NCBI GenBank assembly: GCA_003131365.1
Contig: PKVB01000165.1
Coordinates: 32,785 to 65,208, forward strand
Direction: 5' to 3'
Source of the DNA: Gemmatimonadota bacterium
GTDB taxonomy: Bacteria; Gemmatimonadota; Gemmatimonadetes; Gemmatimonadales; Gemmatimonadaceae
Length of the DNA: 32,424 nucleotides
Under the pieces are notes generated by a model. It saw only the letters and a list, made by a program, of their open reading frames with translations, had not been told where the DNA came from and searched no databases. This document shows, one piece after another, positions 9,073 through 17,848 of the stretch; positions within the stretch are counted from its first letter, which is position 1; the number at the start of each line of letters is the position of its first letter. The translations under genes and the position numbers were made by a program.

Positions 9073-9885
9073 TTGAAGCTGGAAGAGAGACTCATCGCGG
9101 CGGTCAGGGCGGCGGCTCGTGACCGCGTCGCCTATGTGTGCTACTCGGGCGGCGTCGACTCGACCGTCGTGCTTGCCGCCTCGGTGCGGGCGGGGATTGA
9201 AACGATCGCTCTGCTCGGCGTCAGTCCTTCACTCGCCGCCGCGGAGCGCGCGGACGCGCATCGGATCGCCGACGAGATCGGCGCGCGCGTCGAGGAAGTC
9301 GAGACCAATGAAATGGACCTCGCCGGATATCGGGCCAACGCCGGTGATCGCTGCTACTTCTGCAAGAGCGCGCTGTACGACACGGTTCAGGCGCTCGCCG
9401 CGACGAGAAGCGCGGAAGACGTGACCTTCGTAGGAACGCACGTCGATGACCTGGGTGAGCACCGGCCCGGGCTCCAGGCGGCGATGGAGCATGGAGTCGT
9501 CGCACCGCTCGTCGACGCCGGATTCAACAAGTCGGACGTGCGCGCGCTCGCGCGGCAATGGAATCTGTCGAACGCCGAGAAGCCGGCGGCGCCTTGCCTC
9601 GCCAGCAGAGTGCCGGTCGGAATCGAAGTGACTCCGGAGAAGCTCGCGCAGATCGAGGCAGTCGAAGAATTTCTGCGCCAGCACGACGTCTGGCCTGCGC
9701 GCGCGCGCTGGCACGAGGCCGTCGTTCGCCTTGAGATAACGCCCGAGATGTTCGAGCGTGTCGTCACCGATCCATTCCGGGAAGAGCTACGACGGGCATG
9801 CAGGAAGGCCGGCTTCAAGTTCGTCGCGCTCGACCTGGGCGGACTCCAGAGCGGAAGTCTCTCGCTTCCCACGGTGGCGTCATGA
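9073..9885 (+). CDS. larE: ATP-dependent sulfur transferase LarE
   Basis: PP-loop YSGGVDS, DRCYFCK, RPGLQA, KPAAPCLASR; lies between larC and larB. Confidence 0.93.
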   Translation: MKLEERLIAAVRAAARDRVAYVCYSGGVDSTVVLAASVRAGIETIALLGVSPSLAAAERADAHRIADEIGARVEEVETNEMDLAGYRANAGDRCYFCKSALYDTVQALAATRSAEDVTFVGTHVDDLGEHRPGLQAAMEHGVVAPLVDAGFNKSDVRALARQWNLSNAEKPAAPCLASRVPVGIEVTPEKLAQIEAVEEFLRQHDVWPARARWHEAVVRLEITPEMFERVVTDPFREELRRACRKAGFKFVALDLGGLQSGSLSLPTVAS

Positions 9886-10517
9886 CGCAAGTTCGCTGGG
9901 ACCGGGATCGCGAATCGCGCACGGGAGTTCCGGAAGTCGTCTATGGTCCCGGAAAGAAGCCAGCGCATCTACGCCAGATTTTCGAGAATACGAACGACCT
10001 TCGCATGGCGTCGCGGCTGAGCGACGAGCAGATGGAGGTGCTCAGCGATCTGGCGACGATCTATCCGGAAGCGCGCATGGCGGTCCGCAACCCTCGCGCA
10101 AAGAGGAGCATGCCGGTGGTGCCCATCGTCACAGCTGGAACCGCTGACATCCCGGTTGCGCTGGAAGCGGCGACTACTCTCGACGCGATGGGGATCCCGA
10201 CGTCGACTCACTTCGATGTCGGCGTCGCGGGGATACATCGCCTTCAATCCATTCTGCCGGAGCTCGCCGCAGCTCGCGTGTGCATCGTCGTCGCGGGGAT
10301 GGATGGGGCGCTGCCGGCAGTCATTGCCGGGTTGCTCCATGCGCCGGTAATCGGAGTTCCCACTTCAGTGGGAACCGGTGTTGCTCAGGGCGGAATGGTC
10401 GCGCTCAACACGATGCTCGCCAGCTGCAGCCCCGGCGTGGCGGTTGTTAACATCGACAACGGGTTTGGCGCGGCTTGTCTGGCGCTCAAGATCCTCGGCT
10501 GTAATCCCCCCGATTAA
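9882..10517 (+). CDS. larB: Nickel pincer cofactor biosynthesis protein LarB (AIR carboxylase family)
   Basis: RTGVPEVVYGPGK, TAGTADIPVA, DVGVAGIHRL, AGMDGALP, PTSVG, VVNIDNGFGAA. ATG 9882 overlaps the larE stop (ATGA). Confidence 0.95.
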   Translation: MTQVRWDRDRESRTGVPEVVYGPGKKPAHLRQIFENTNDLRMASRLSDEQMEVLSDLATIYPEARMAVRNPRAKRSMPVVPIVTAGTADIPVALEAATTLDAMGIPTSTHFDVGVAGIHRLQSILPELAAARVCIVVAGMDGALPAVIAGLLHAPVIGVPTSVGTGVAQGGMVALNTMLASCSPGVAVVNIDNGFGAACLALKILGCNPPD

Positions 10518-10684
10518 CCCTCATCGTTTCGTAGAGGAGCACGTTCTCCGCCTGCTCGTCATGGCGCGTGCTGCGGTCGACGGCCGGCCTTCCTGGTAAG
10601 CCGGCGAGCCCTTGCTTCGCGCTCGCTCCCTGGAGTGGAATGGACAGTGCTGAATGACTGGTAACCTTTGCCGCGAGTGTGCTC

Positions 10685-11218
10685 ATGGCTATCGCATACG
10701 GTGACCCGCAGCTGCTCAATCTTGGATTGTTGCTGATTCGCCTGATTTTTGGCCTGATAATGGCCGCTCACGGCGCTCAAAAGCTCTTCGGATGGTTCGG
10801 CGGCTACGGATTGGCGGGTACTGGCGGTTTTTTCGAATCGCTCGGCTTTCGCCCTGGAAAGACGTTCGCTGCCGCCGCCGCGCTCAGTGAGTTCGTGGGC
10901 GGCTGGTTATTCACCCTTGGTCTTTTTGGCCCAATTGGACCAGCGCTCATTCTCGCGGTGATGCTCGTTGCGTCCATAAGTGTGCACTTGCGCAATGGAC
11001 TATTCGCGACGACGAACGGAGTCGAAGTGCCACTCCTCATTGCGACCGCGGTGGTTGGGGTAGCGTTAATTGGATTTGGGACCTACTCGCTCGATGCTGC
11101 TCTCGGACTCGCGACATTTTGGTCACCGGGACTCATAGGGCTGGCGCTGGCGGTCGGTGTGATTGGCGGCATCGCTAATCTCCTTCTCAGGAAAAGGCCG
11201 ACGACACCGACAGTTTGA
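10685..11218 (+). CDS. DoxX family membrane protein
   Basis: LLLIRLIFGLIMAAHGAQKLFGWFGGYG and VH..NGLF...NGVEVPL DoxX motifs. Confidence 0.92.
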   Translation: MAIAYGDPQLLNLGLLLIRLIFGLIMAAHGAQKLFGWFGGYGLAGTGGFFESLGFRPGKTFAAAAALSEFVGGWLFTLGLFGPIGPALILAVMLVASISVHLRNGLFATTNGVEVPLLIATAVVGVALIGFGTYSLDAALGLATFWSPGLIGLALAVGVIGGIANLLLRKRPTTPTV

Positions 11219-11246
11219 GACGCCGCGCGCCAGGGGCATGCGCTAG

Positions 11247-13268
11247 ATGACGGAATCGACTGAGATCGCAACGCCGCCCGCGGCGCTCAGTCACCGCCAG
11301 ATACTGATCGCGTTCAGCGGTCTCGTTCTGGCAATGCTGCTCGCCGCCCTAGACTCCACAATTGTATCGACCGCGCTCCCGACGATTGTGAGCGATCTGG
11401 GCGGACTCGAGCACCTGGCGTGGGTCGTGACCGGGTATCTGCTGGCACAAACGATCGTCACGCCGGTGTACGGAAAGCTCGGCGACCTGTACGGGCGAAA
11501 GATCGTGATGCAATCGGCGATCGTGCTCTTTCTCGTCGGTTCGGCGCTGTGCGGCCTAAGCCAGAACATGACGCAGTTGATTGTGTTTCGCGCCATTCAG
11601 GGGCTGGGCGGCGGCGGGCTCGTTGTCACGACCCAGGCGGTGGTCGGAGACATCGTGCCGCCGCGCGACCGCGGACGCTATCAGGGAATCTTCGGCGCCG
11701 TCTTCGGCCTCTCCAGCATCGCCGGCCCGCTGCTGGGTGGTTATTTCACCACGCACCTGTCGTGGCGGTGGATCTTCTATGTCAATCTGCCAGTCGGTAT
11801 CGCCGCGCTGGTAGTGCTGGCCGTGACGCTCCCGTCGCTCTCACATAGGGTCGCTCGAGCCATCGATTACGCGGGCGCCTCGCTGCTCGCGGTGGTGCTG
11901 AGCAGCATCACGCTGATGGCGGACCTGAGCGGAACGACTTATCCGTGGTCATCGCCGGTCTCGATAGGATTGATTGCCGTTTCGCTGGTATCACTGGTCC
12001 TCTTCACGTTGATCGAGCGAAAAGCCGCCGAGCCCGTGCTGCCATTGCATCTTTTCAAGCGGCAGACGTTCATGGTCACTTCCGTCGTCGGCCTGATTGT
12101 CGGATTTGCTCTGTTCGGATCCGTCACCTACTTCCCGCTCTACTTGCAGGTCGTGAAGGGTGTGACTCCGACCGCGTCGGGAATGCAGATGCTGCCGATG
12201 ATGGGCGGCATGCTGGTTACGTCGATCCTGTCGGGCCAGCTGATCAGCCGCACCGGCCGCTACAAGATATTTCCAATGCTCGGCACCGCGATCATGACGG
12301 TGGGGCTTTTTCTGCTGTCGCGCCTCACGCCGCAAAGCACGGACGCCACCGCTTCACTGCTGATGCTCATACTTGGCGTCGGACTAGGGATGGTAATGCA
12401 GGTGCTCGTGATCGCCGTACAGAATGACGTCGACTATCGCGATCTCGGTGTTGCGACCTCCGGCGCGACGCTGTTCCGGCTCATCGGCGGATCCCTTGGC
12501 ACTGCGATTCTCGGAGCAATATTCGCGGCGCGGCTGAGCGTGAACCTCGTCCGCTTGCTGCCTCCCGGCACGGTGGCGAATGGAGCGGCGCGCAACATGA
12601 GCGTACAAGCGCTGCTGCAACTCCCGGCTCCGGCCAGGGCGGCATACGCGCAGGCGTTCACCGCCTCGCTCGACACAGTGTTCCTTGTAGCTACCATCGT
12701 GTGCGCGATTGGATTCATTCTCACCTGGTTTCTTCCCGAGCGGCCGCTTCGAGCAACCGTTGCGGCTTCGGCGCGCGATGCGGGAATGGAGGCCGGCGAG
12801 GCTTTTGCTCGCCCGTCGGACGAGGATTCCGTGGCCGCCCATCTGTACGCTGCGCTCGCCTCGCTTGCCGATCGTGATGTGCAGCGCGCGCACATCGAGC
12901 TGATCGTGAAGCGGGCCGGAGAGACTCTGAGCGCGCTCGGGGCGTGGCTTCTTGTTCAAGTCGAGCGCGAGCAAACGGTGTCACCGTTCGAGCTCGCGCG
13001 CCGCCGCGGCATCCCGGCCGAGCGCGCGCAGGCTGCTCTCGAGGAGCTGCGCAGGCGCGGACTGGTCACCGTCCCGCGCGTCGGTTCGACCACGCATTCC
13101 GAGCTCACTGCTGCCGGGTGTCAGGTGCTCGAGCGTCTCGTTTCGGCGCGACGCGCGCATCTGTCGGAGCTGGCCGAGGAGTGGGATCCGACGCGTGAGG
13201 GTGACGCGGGGGCGTACCTTCGGAAGGCAGTTCGAGATCTCGTGCCGGACGCGAGGCACGTGGGGTGA
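11247..13268 (+). CDS. DHA2 (EmrB/QacA-type) MFS efflux transporter with C-terminal MarR-like winged HTH
   Basis: LAALDSTIVSTALPTI, YGKLGDLYGRK, FRAIQGLGGGG, WRWIFYVNLPVG; tail ..SPFELARRRGIPAERAQAALEELRRRGLV...ELTAAG. Confidence 0.92.
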   Translation: MTESTEIATPPAALSHRQILIAFSGLVLAMLLAALDSTIVSTALPTIVSDLGGLEHLAWVVTGYLLAQTIVTPVYGKLGDLYGRKIVMQSAIVLFLVGSALCGLSQNMTQLIVFRAIQGLGGGGLVVTTQAVVGDIVPPRDRGRYQGIFGAVFGLSSIAGPLLGGYFTTHLSWRWIFYVNLPVGIAALVVLAVTLPSLSHRVARAIDYAGASLLAVVLSSITLMADLSGTTYPWSSPVSIGLIAVSLVSLVLFTLIERKAAEPVLPLHLFKRQTFMVTSVVGLIVGFALFGSVTYFPLYLQVVKGVTPTASGMQMLPMMGGMLVTSILSGQLISRTGRYKIFPMLGTAIMTVGLFLLSRLTPQSTDATASLLMLILGVGLGMVMQVLVIAVQNDVDYRDLGVATSGATLFRLIGGSLGTAILGAIFAARLSVNLVRLLPPGTVANGAARNMSVQALLQLPAPARAAYAQAFTASLDTVFLVATIVCAIGFILTWFLPERPLRATVAASARDAGMEAGEAFARPSDEDSVAAHLYAALASLADRDVQRAHIELIVKRAGETLSALGAWLLVQVEREQTVSPFELARRRGIPAERAQAALEELRRRGLVTVPRVGSTTHSELTAAGCQVLERLVSARRAHLSELAEEWDPTREGDAGAYLRKAVRDLVPDARHVG

Positions 13269-13276
13269 ATTCAAAA

Positions 13277-13472
13277 AACTGCAACTGAACGAGAGGTCAG
13301 CTGGAGCCTGGCAGCGGACAGCTGTTAGCCTCACTACGTCGGGACGTCACCAGCACGGACCAGAGCACAATCAACTGCCTGTGCTTTCACGCCACGCATC
13401 GGCGTCCCGACGTTCTAAGGCTGACAGCTGACGCCTTTCAGGCTCCAGCTAACCTCTCGTTCAGTTGCAGTT
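13277..13472. repeat. 196-bp long imperfect palindrome (MITE/REPIN-like or structured RNA)
   Basis: Nested arms: 13277-13310 vs 13439-13472 (33/34), 13319-13331 vs 13418-13430 (12/13 plus one G-U), 13336-13346 vs 13403-13413 (11/11), apical AGCACA/TGTGCT. Lies between convergent genes. Confidence 0.88.
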
Positions 13473-13488
13473 GGAATACTCTGAAACA

Positions 13489-15288
13489 CTATTTCTTGGA
13501 AAGATCTCTCACTGTTGCCGCGAGTGCCTGCACGCGCCCCGCATCTGAAGCAGTACGGGCGTCACGGTCGAGCCGGGTTGCCAGCTGTGTCAGTGCCGCT
13601 CGCTCGCTCGCGCCCTTCAGCTTCTCGGCGCGACCGAGATCGCGCGCGATGCTGGTTGACCGATCGCGCGGAATTCCGTTATCGCGAACGAGCTGATCGA
13701 GATACGCGCGCGCTACGACGTAGCTAGCCGGCCACACCAGCTTCGGCTGGTTCTGCGGATTGAACACATCGAAGCGAACCAGCTTCGCCGCATCGATTTC
13801 GTTCTGCGACAGCAGGTCGCTCGGCTTGAGATCGAGCACATCCAGCCCGCGATCGATCTCGGAGGCGTAGATGTAGCCGTTGTACCAGTACGTCCCCCAT
13901 TCGCCACCCAGCAGCAGCTTGGTCGCATCCATGGGTCCACGGTCGAAGAATGCGATCTCCTTCGGATGCGCGGCATCGGTGAAATCGAATACGGAGACAC
14001 CGCCCTGGTACCAGGCCTGGGTCATGATGTCGCGGCCCGGGACGGGAATGAGCGAGCCGTTGTGGGCGACGCAATTCTCCTGGTCCGTCTGTACCACCGG
14101 AAGCTTGTAGTGGCCGGCCGGAGTCAGTTTGTCGCCGGTGCGGTAGAAAATCGCATCCGCGCCCCACGTGAGCTTGTCGGTTGCACGGCACCGGGGCGCC
14201 ATTCCGCCGCCCCATTCGTCGCTGAACAGCACCTTCGTCCCATCATTGTTGAAGGTCGCCGAGTGCCAGTACGCAAAATTCGGATCGATGACGGCGGCGA
14301 TTCGCTTCGGATGCACAGGATCGTGGATGTCGAGCAGAATCCCGTTCCCCGAGCATGCACCGGCCGCGAGCCCGATCGCGCTGTAGACGGTGATGTCGTG
14401 GCACTGATTCGTCTGAGAGGTGGTCTGCGTACCCACACCATGCGCGCCTCCCTGCCACAATCCGGCGATTGCGCCCGCGGAGTCCGCGAAGACGCGCGGA
14501 GAGTTGACCACGCGCGCGTTCTGAGGCGCGGCCACCGGCACCTGGATGATGTCGATCCGGAACAGGGAGGTGGTCGTATCTGTCAACGATGCGCCGCGCG
14601 AACACCCGGCGAGCTCGGAACCCGACCGAACCACACTCGTACCGGACACGTAGATGTAGACGTTCTCCGGATCATTCGGGTCGATCACCAGCGTGTGGGT
14701 GTGCGATCCACGGCAGGTCTGTACCGCGGCAACCTGCTTCGGGTGATCGAGGTCGCTGATGTCGAAGATGCGGACGCCACGAAAACGCTCGGCGCTGACC
14801 GTGTCGGTCACTCCCTGGCCGCCGCAGTCCACGCGACCGCGGGTCTCTTCCACAGAGAAGAACAACAGATTCTTGTAAATCGAAGGATCGCCCTGACCGC
14901 CGGGGCAGACGAATGACGTGCGGAGAGTCGGACTCTTCGGATTGGAGATGTCCCAGACCTGAAAGCCGTTGAAGCCGCCCTGAAACGCCAGGTTCCCCTT
15001 GAATGCGAGATCGCCGTTCAGGAAGGCAAAATCGCCCAGGTTCTGGGCGTTCCCGAAGTTCTGCGGTCGCGCGCCGTGGCCGACCAACTGCATGTTGCGG
15101 GCAACTTCGGCCGCATCGTTATAGCCGGCGCGGAGACCGATTCGCGGGTCATCGTGGCTGATGGCGACGCTATCACCCTGCGCTCCAGCGGTCGCCGCGA
15201 CAAGCGACCCCGCAAGAATGAGTAGATGTCGGAAGCGACGAATACCGTTGCGGGAGGGCAAAGGCGGAACCGTAGATCTCGGTGTCAT
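13489..15288 (-). CDS. LVIVD repeat-containing secreted protein
   Basis: Signal peptide; repeated units GFQVWDISNP, GVRIFDISD, GILLDIHDP, GVSVFDFTD; CRGSHTHT, CHDIT, DEWGGG, CVAHN motifs. Confidence 0.85.
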   Translation of the reverse strand: MTPRSTVPPLPSRNGIRRFRHLLILAGSLVAATAGAQGDSVAISHDDPRIGLRAGYNDAAEVARNMQLVGHGARPQNFGNAQNLGDFAFLNGDLAFKGNLAFQGGFNGFQVWDISNPKSPTLRTSFVCPGGQGDPSIYKNLLFFSVEETRGRVDCGGQGVTDTVSAERFRGVRIFDISDLDHPKQVAAVQTCRGSHTHTLVIDPNDPENVYIYVSGTSVVRSGSELAGCSRGASLTDTTTSLFRIDIIQVPVAAPQNARVVNSPRVFADSAGAIAGLWQGGAHGVGTQTTSQTNQCHDITVYSAIGLAAGACSGNGILLDIHDPVHPKRIAAVIDPNFAYWHSATFNNDGTKVLFSDEWGGGMAPRCRATDKLTWGADAIFYRTGDKLTPAGHYKLPVVQTDQENCVAHNGSLIPVPGRDIMTQAWYQGGVSVFDFTDAAHPKEIAFFDRGPMDATKLLLGGEWGTYWYNGYIYASEIDRGLDVLDLKPSDLLSQNEIDAAKLVRFDVFNPQNQPKLVWPASYVVARAYLDQLVRDNGIPRDRSTSIARDLGRAEKLKGASERAALTQLATRLDRDARTASDAGRVQALAATVRDLSKK

Positions 15289-15336
15289 TTACGTTCTCTC
15301 TGGGTGGGGGGGGTTCGTGCTTAGGACTGGATTTGC

Positions 15337-15966
15337 TCAACGGTGCGACTTTGCGCCAGCAGGACCTAGCGCGGCGAGAAGGGCGCTCATGCGCGCAATC
15401 TCGGCGCGCTGGTCAGAATCCACTTCAGACGCGAAGCGAAAAACCTCGGCTTCCTGGGCGGAACCGGTGGTGCCGAGCAGGCTGGCAACCATTACCAGAG
15501 CGCCCTCATGATGGTGGATCATGTCCGTGAGGAAGAGTTTGGCGAACTCGTCGCCGTTCGTCCTGGCCAGCGCTGCCAGCTGTTCGGTCGTGAGCATGCC
15601 CGGCATGAGCGTGTCCGACATTGCCATGCCACGCATGTCCATGTGACCGGCCGCAGCCTGTTGATCGTGTAGCGCGCCACTGGCGGGAACCCGCTGGTGG
15701 CGGTCCTTGAGCCATTGCTTCATCATCGCGATCTCGTCCTTTTGGGAAACCTGTATGCGTTGGCCGAGGAGTCGGATGTCCTGCCGGGTTGTGCGGTCCG
15801 GTATGAGCGCGGTCATCGCCAGCGCCTGCGCGTGATGCCCGATCATCCCCTGCATGAAACGCACGTCCGCCACCGTGTAGCGCGGCGCGTCCTGCGCCGA
15901 CGCGGATGCGGCCGCGATGAGCGCGAGTGCAACAACGAACTGGCGATCTCTGAACGATTTCTTCAT
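15337..15966 (-). CDS. DUF305 (CopM-like, ferritin-like fold) secreted protein
   Basis: ADVRFMQGMIGHHAQA, LMPGMLT.EQL, FLTDMIHHHEGALVM, DQRAEIARM; start reassigned to MKKSF at 15966. Confidence 0.9.
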   Translation of the reverse strand: MKKSFRDRQFVVALALIAAASASAQDAPRYTVADVRFMQGMIGHHAQALAMTALIPDRTTRQDIRLLGQRIQVSQKDEIAMMKQWLKDRHQRVPASGALHDQQAAAGHMDMRGMAMSDTLMPGMLTTEQLAALARTNGDEFAKLFLTDMIHHHEGALVMVASLLGTTGSAQEAEVFRFASEVDSDQRAEIARMSALLAALGPAGAKSHR

Positions 15967-16035
15967 GAGCTTGTGGGTTGAACGTATTGTCCCGCCGGTT
16001 TGTTGCAAGCTCACGACGGCGATGTAATCCGGATG

Positions 16036-17094
16036 TCAGCGACCGGGATTGTTGTGTCTGATTCGTTCGAGTGCCCACTCCGCATGCTCTGCCACGAGCG
16101 GCTCGGGGTCGTCGAGTGCCGCGACAAGTGTCGCCACGTCGTCAACTGCTCCAACGTTGCCGAGGACTGTCGCCGCGTTGCGCGCGAGTCCGCGCCGCTT
16201 CGCGCGTTTCATCGGTGACCCCTTGAACTCCCGGCGGAATGTGTCGTCGTCCATCGACAGAATCCTCCTCGCCACTGCCCGCGCATCGCCGTCGAGAATG
16301 TCGCGCGGGAGGAACGACTCTTCGCGAATATCCCGGGAGAATCGCACGTTCCACGGACAAACGTCCTGGCAGATGTCGCAACCATAGACGAGGCCGCCGA
16401 TCTTCTCGCGCTGTTTCGGCGGAATCGCGCCCTTTGCCTCGATTGTGAGGTAGGAAATGCACTTCGTGGCGTCGAGCACCCGCGGCTCGACGAAGGCATC
16501 GGTTGGACAAGCGTCCAGGCAGCGAGTGCAGGTGCCGCATCGATCCGTCTCGAATGGCGCATCGGGCGCGAGATCCAAATCAACAAGCAGGACGCCGATG
16601 AAGAAGAACGATCCAATGCGAGGACTGATAAGGTTGGTGTTCTTCCCGAACCACCCGAGCCCGGCGCGACGCGCGAGATCGCGCTCGAGGATGGGACCGG
16701 TGTCGACGTAAGCCTTTCCGCGGATCCGACTGCAGGCCTCCGACTCGAGCCAGCGATGGAGGTCGTCGAGTCTCGCGGTCATGACCTCGTGGTAGTCGTC
16801 GCCCCGGGCATAACGCGCGACAGCTCCGGTCGGCTCGCGACCGCCGTAATTCAGACCAACGACGATCGCGCTCGTGGCCCCGGGGACGGGCAGACGGGAG
16901 TCGCGGCGCTTCGCCGAGCCGCGTGGGAGATAGTCCATCTCGCCCGCGTATCCGCTCTCGACCCAGGAGTCGAACGCGTCGGCTGTCTCCATTGGGCCGA
17001 GCGATGTGATACCGACGAGGTCGAATCCCAGCCCGTACGCTTGCGCCTTGAGCAGATTTTCGAGGGACGATGTCTCGGCGATGGCGGCACTCAC
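16036..17094 (-). CDS. queG: tRNA epoxyqueuosine(34) reductase QueG
   Basis: ARYARGDDYH, YVDTGPILER, GLGWFGKN, CGTCTRCLDACPT, CISYLTIE, GCDICQDVCPWN. Confidence 0.96.
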   Translation of the reverse strand: MSAAIAETSSLENLLKAQAYGLGFDLVGITSLGPMETADAFDSWVESGYAGEMDYLPRGSAKRRDSRLPVPGATSAIVVGLNYGGREPTGAVARYARGDDYHEVMTARLDDLHRWLESEACSRIRGKAYVDTGPILERDLARRAGLGWFGKNTNLISPRIGSFFFIGVLLVDLDLAPDAPFETDRCGTCTRCLDACPTDAFVEPRVLDATKCISYLTIEAKGAIPPKQREKIGGLVYGCDICQDVCPWNVRFSRDIREESFLPRDILDGDARAVARRILSMDDDTFRREFKGSPMKRAKRRGLARNAATVLGNVGAVDDVATLVAALDDPEPLVAEHAEWALERIRHNNPGR

Positions 17095-17339
17095 TCGCTT
17101 ACACTCGCCCAGCGGGCATAACGCTCGACGTCAGTGACCGAAGGGACGGCATCGTAGTCCCCATATGCGGTGTACATACGCCAGCGGAGATAGGTGGGAT
17201 CGGGCAGCGGAAGAAAGGGAAAGTGACGGTACCAGGTGTTTGACCTGAATCGCCAGGTGATCCGGATCAGATCGAGCGCAAGTCGCGGACGGCGTGTTGT
17301 ACGCAACGCCAATCGGAACGCGAGTCGTAGCCACGGCAT
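17091..17339 (-). CDS. Small basic hypothetical protein coupled to queG
   Basis: 82 aa; its stop overlaps the queG GTG start (GTGA); aromatic motif PFLPLPDPTYLRWRMYTAYG. Confidence 0.7.
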   Translation of the reverse strand: MPWLRLAFRLALRTTRRPRLALDLIRITWRFRSNTWYRHFPFLPLPDPTYLRWRMYTAYGDYDAVPSVTDVERYARWASVSE

Positions 17340-17365
17340 GTGCCTCGTAATATATAGAAGAGGTC

Positions 17366-17848
17366 ATGTCACACTCCGACGCACACGTGCTGGGCCTCAT
17401 CTCAGACACGCACGTACGGATTCGCCCGGGCGTTTACGCCGCCCTGACGGGAGCAGAGCTGATCCTTCACGCCGGTGATGTGGGTGGCTCCGCGATTCTA
17501 GACGAGCTGCGCCTGATCGCGCCGGTCAAGGCTGTGCTCGGCAACACCGACCCGCCTGGCGAGCCCGGGCTGGCCGAGGAAATCGTCCTCGAGGTCGGCG
17601 GATTGCGCGTACACGTCAGCCACGGTCACGAGGTCGGGAGTCCCACTCCGGCGAAGCTGGCAGTGCGGTATGATGCTGATATCGTCGTCTATGGCCACAC
17701 ACACCGGCCGCTCGTCACGCAGCACGATGGCAGACTGTTCGTCAATCCTGGGGCTGCGGGCGCGAAGCGATTCAATATTTCTCCAAGCGTCGGAAAACTG
17801 ACCGTCGCGAACGGGAAAGTGGAGATTGAGATCATTGACATCCCTTGA
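17366..17848 (+). CDS. Metallophosphoesterase (YfcE/MJ0936/Vps29-like)
   Basis: ISDTH, HAGD, GNTD, HGH, GHTH and NPG calcineurin-like motifs. Confidence 0.92.
   Translation: MSHSDAHVLGLISDTHVRIRPGVYAALTGAELILHAGDVGGSAILDELRLIAPVKAVLGNTDPPGEPGLAEEIVLEVGGLRVHVSHGHEVGSPTPAKLAVRYDADIVVYGHTHRPLVTQHDGRLFVNPGAAGAKRFNISPSVGKLTVANGKVEIEIIDIP

Noticed and set aside
10486-10719. 77-aa minus-strand ORF with HDEQAENVLLYE (faintly hemerythrin-like)
   Set aside because: It overlaps both larB and DoxX, has no convincing start, and the similarity is too short to support a gene or remnant call.
13277-13472. 6S RNA identity for the long hairpin
   Set aside because: The length fits, but the arms are near-perfect and there is no large central bubble in the expected position; not callable without an Rfam search.
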